Positions 61,996 to 64,000 of a DNA stretch of 64,000 nt are shown one piece after another. The position numbers and the translations under genes are program-made. The notes under the pieces were generated by a model. It made no database searches, had not been told where the DNA came from, and saw only the letters and a list, made by a program, of their open reading frames with translations. Location: contig NC_086097.1 in the NCBI RefSeq assembly GCF_963921235.1, forward strand, positions 129,644,001-129,708,000. The letters are read 5' to 3'. The stretch comes from Mobula hypostoma (lineage: Eukaryota). Position 1 is the stretch's first letter. Each line of letters begins with the position of its first letter.

Positions 61996-63724
61996 AGAGC
62001 ACAGAGAGAGAGAGAGTATACATATTAGTTAAGTTAAATTAAATTAGTGCAAAAAAAGAGCAAGAAAAGATAGTGAGACAATGTACATGTGTTCAATGTC
62101 TATTCAGAAATCGGATAGCAGAGGGAAGAAGCTGTTCCTGAATTGTTGCGTGTGTGCTCAACGTTCAGTATCTCATTGTTTGAAAAGTATGTATCTAGGA
62201 AGATGGCCTTGCATTTTCCTACATTATATTCTGTCTGCAACATCCTCGCCCATTCACTTATATCTGTAGCCCTTGAAGTGCCTCTGCCTTATCTTGCAGC
62301 CTACATAATTCTGTATTATATCAGCAAACTTGAACATATTAGTCATAGAATCATGGACCACAGAAACGGGCCCTTCAGCCCAATCTGTTCTTGCTGATCA
62401 AGTTACCTACCTGAGCTAGTTCTGCCTGCCTGCATTTGGCCCATAGACCTCTAAACCTTTTCTGCCCATGTACCTATCCCCAACACCTTTACGCTGTTCT
62501 ACGTATACTTGATTTACTCACCTATTTCACATTTTGTACAGAGTTGGAGGATCCCCACCAGTTACAATCCTCAAACTGAAAATTAACCATTTCAAGGATC
62601 AACTTTATTCACCATATACAATTTCATGTATTAGGACTTCGCTTTAGTGTGGTGGTAAATGATAAGACTGATGCCAACTGCATCATCTGAGGATCTGTTG
62701 GCTTTATCGGCAAACTACAGATGATCTAAAAAATACTGAGTTATGGATTTGAGAAATGACACAACCAGCCTTTCAGAAGTCTTCATTATGACTGATGTGG
62801 TTACAACTGACCTGTAGTCATTGAGTCCTGTGATCGTTGATTTTTTTTTGGAGGGAGGACTGGAATAATAATGGATTTCTTGAACCATGCATAGTGACTG
62901 CATAGTTTAAGCAACTGATTGAAAATGTTTGTGAAGGCTGTAGAAAGCTGGTTAGCATGGTGTTTATGAATGGCGGGGGAGACAGTCAGGACAAGTAGCC
63001 ACCTTGATATTTATTCTTGCTCTCCAAAATCTTTTTGGCTGCTTAAAATTTACCCCAATGTTGGCAATGTTGTGCAGCCTAGTTCTGTTTTATTATCTCC
63101 TTTATGGTATCTTTTTGAAGACTTTCTGGAAGTCTTAATACAATCATTAACTGGTTTTCTCTGGCCTATTCTGCTGGTTATAACTTCAAAAAAAACCAAC
63201 AGATTTGTCAAACGTCGTTTTCCTTTCATAGTTCCATATTGATTCTGCCTAGTTTTATTGTTAATTTTAAAACAGCCCGTTGCCACTTCATATTATGGTG
63301 CCTCAAGGCGGCAGGATCTATCATTATGGACCTTCACCATCGTGGATACGCCCTCTTCTCGTTACTACAGTCAGGGAGGAGGTACGTGAACCTGATGACC
63401 CACACAATGATTTAGAATCAGCGCCTCCCCTCTGCCATCAAAAATGAATGCTACGTCATTTTTCCTCTTTTTTTTTACTATGCACTATTTGTTTAGTTGC
63501 GCGATTTTTAGGCTTTTGCAGTCAAACAACAAATTTCAGTGATCTGATTCTGATTCCTGTATTTTCCGTGCTACTGGTATCAGACTGCCTGGTCTTCCCT
63601 GTCTTTTCACTCCATTTTTAAACAGTTTTTAAAATTTGTTTAAACTAATTTTGGACTTTCTAAAATTTTAGCAGATAATCTGTGCATCCACAAACCACAT
63701 CCAAAACATTAAAATGCAGTTCCA

Positions 63725-64000
63725 CAAGACTTAAAAACAGTAGTGGGTCATTTGGCTCACTCTGCCAGTTGATCATGGCTGATTTATTATCTCTCTCAAA
63801 TCCATTCTTATGTCTTCTCCCCATAATCTTTGACACACTTACTAATCAAGTACCTATCAACCTCCGACTTAAAAATACCCAATGAATTGGCCTCCACACC
63901 TGTCATTGGCAATGAATTCCATGGATTCTTTGCCCTCTGGCTAATGAAATTCCCCTTCATCTTTGTTCTAATGGGATGTTGTTGTATTCTGACACTGTGA
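63725..64000 (-). mobile_element. CR1 3' end (runs off the window)
   Basis: Collinear with 17335-17540 and 18360-18430. Confidence 0.75.

Overview
Eukaryotic, repeat-dense vertebrate DNA; the repeat families suggest a cartilaginous fish, probably a ray (inference). The only supportable host gene is SLC66A2/PQLC1 (PQ-loop transporter family, + strand). Its last two coding exons lie at 15707-15923 and 22492-22699, followed by a probably long 3' UTR. Most of the rest is nested mobile DNA: CR1 LINEs, Rex1/Babar LINEs and short derivatives, two distinct RTE LINEs (one full-length with a 10-bp TSD, one AviRTE-like), tRNA-derived SINEs, Tc1 and Tigger/pogo remnants, a 53-bp hAT mini-MITE and a solo LTR. 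The most notable signal is five Penelope-like (GIY-YIG) insertions from about three sequence families. They carry minimal type-I hammerhead ribozyme motifs, and four are fold-back inverted repeats. One hairpin sits in the SLC66A2 3' UTR, and one copy (60575-60610, minus) has an intact catalytic core. All family assignments come from motif recognition; no database searches were run. Boundaries of decayed elements are approximate.
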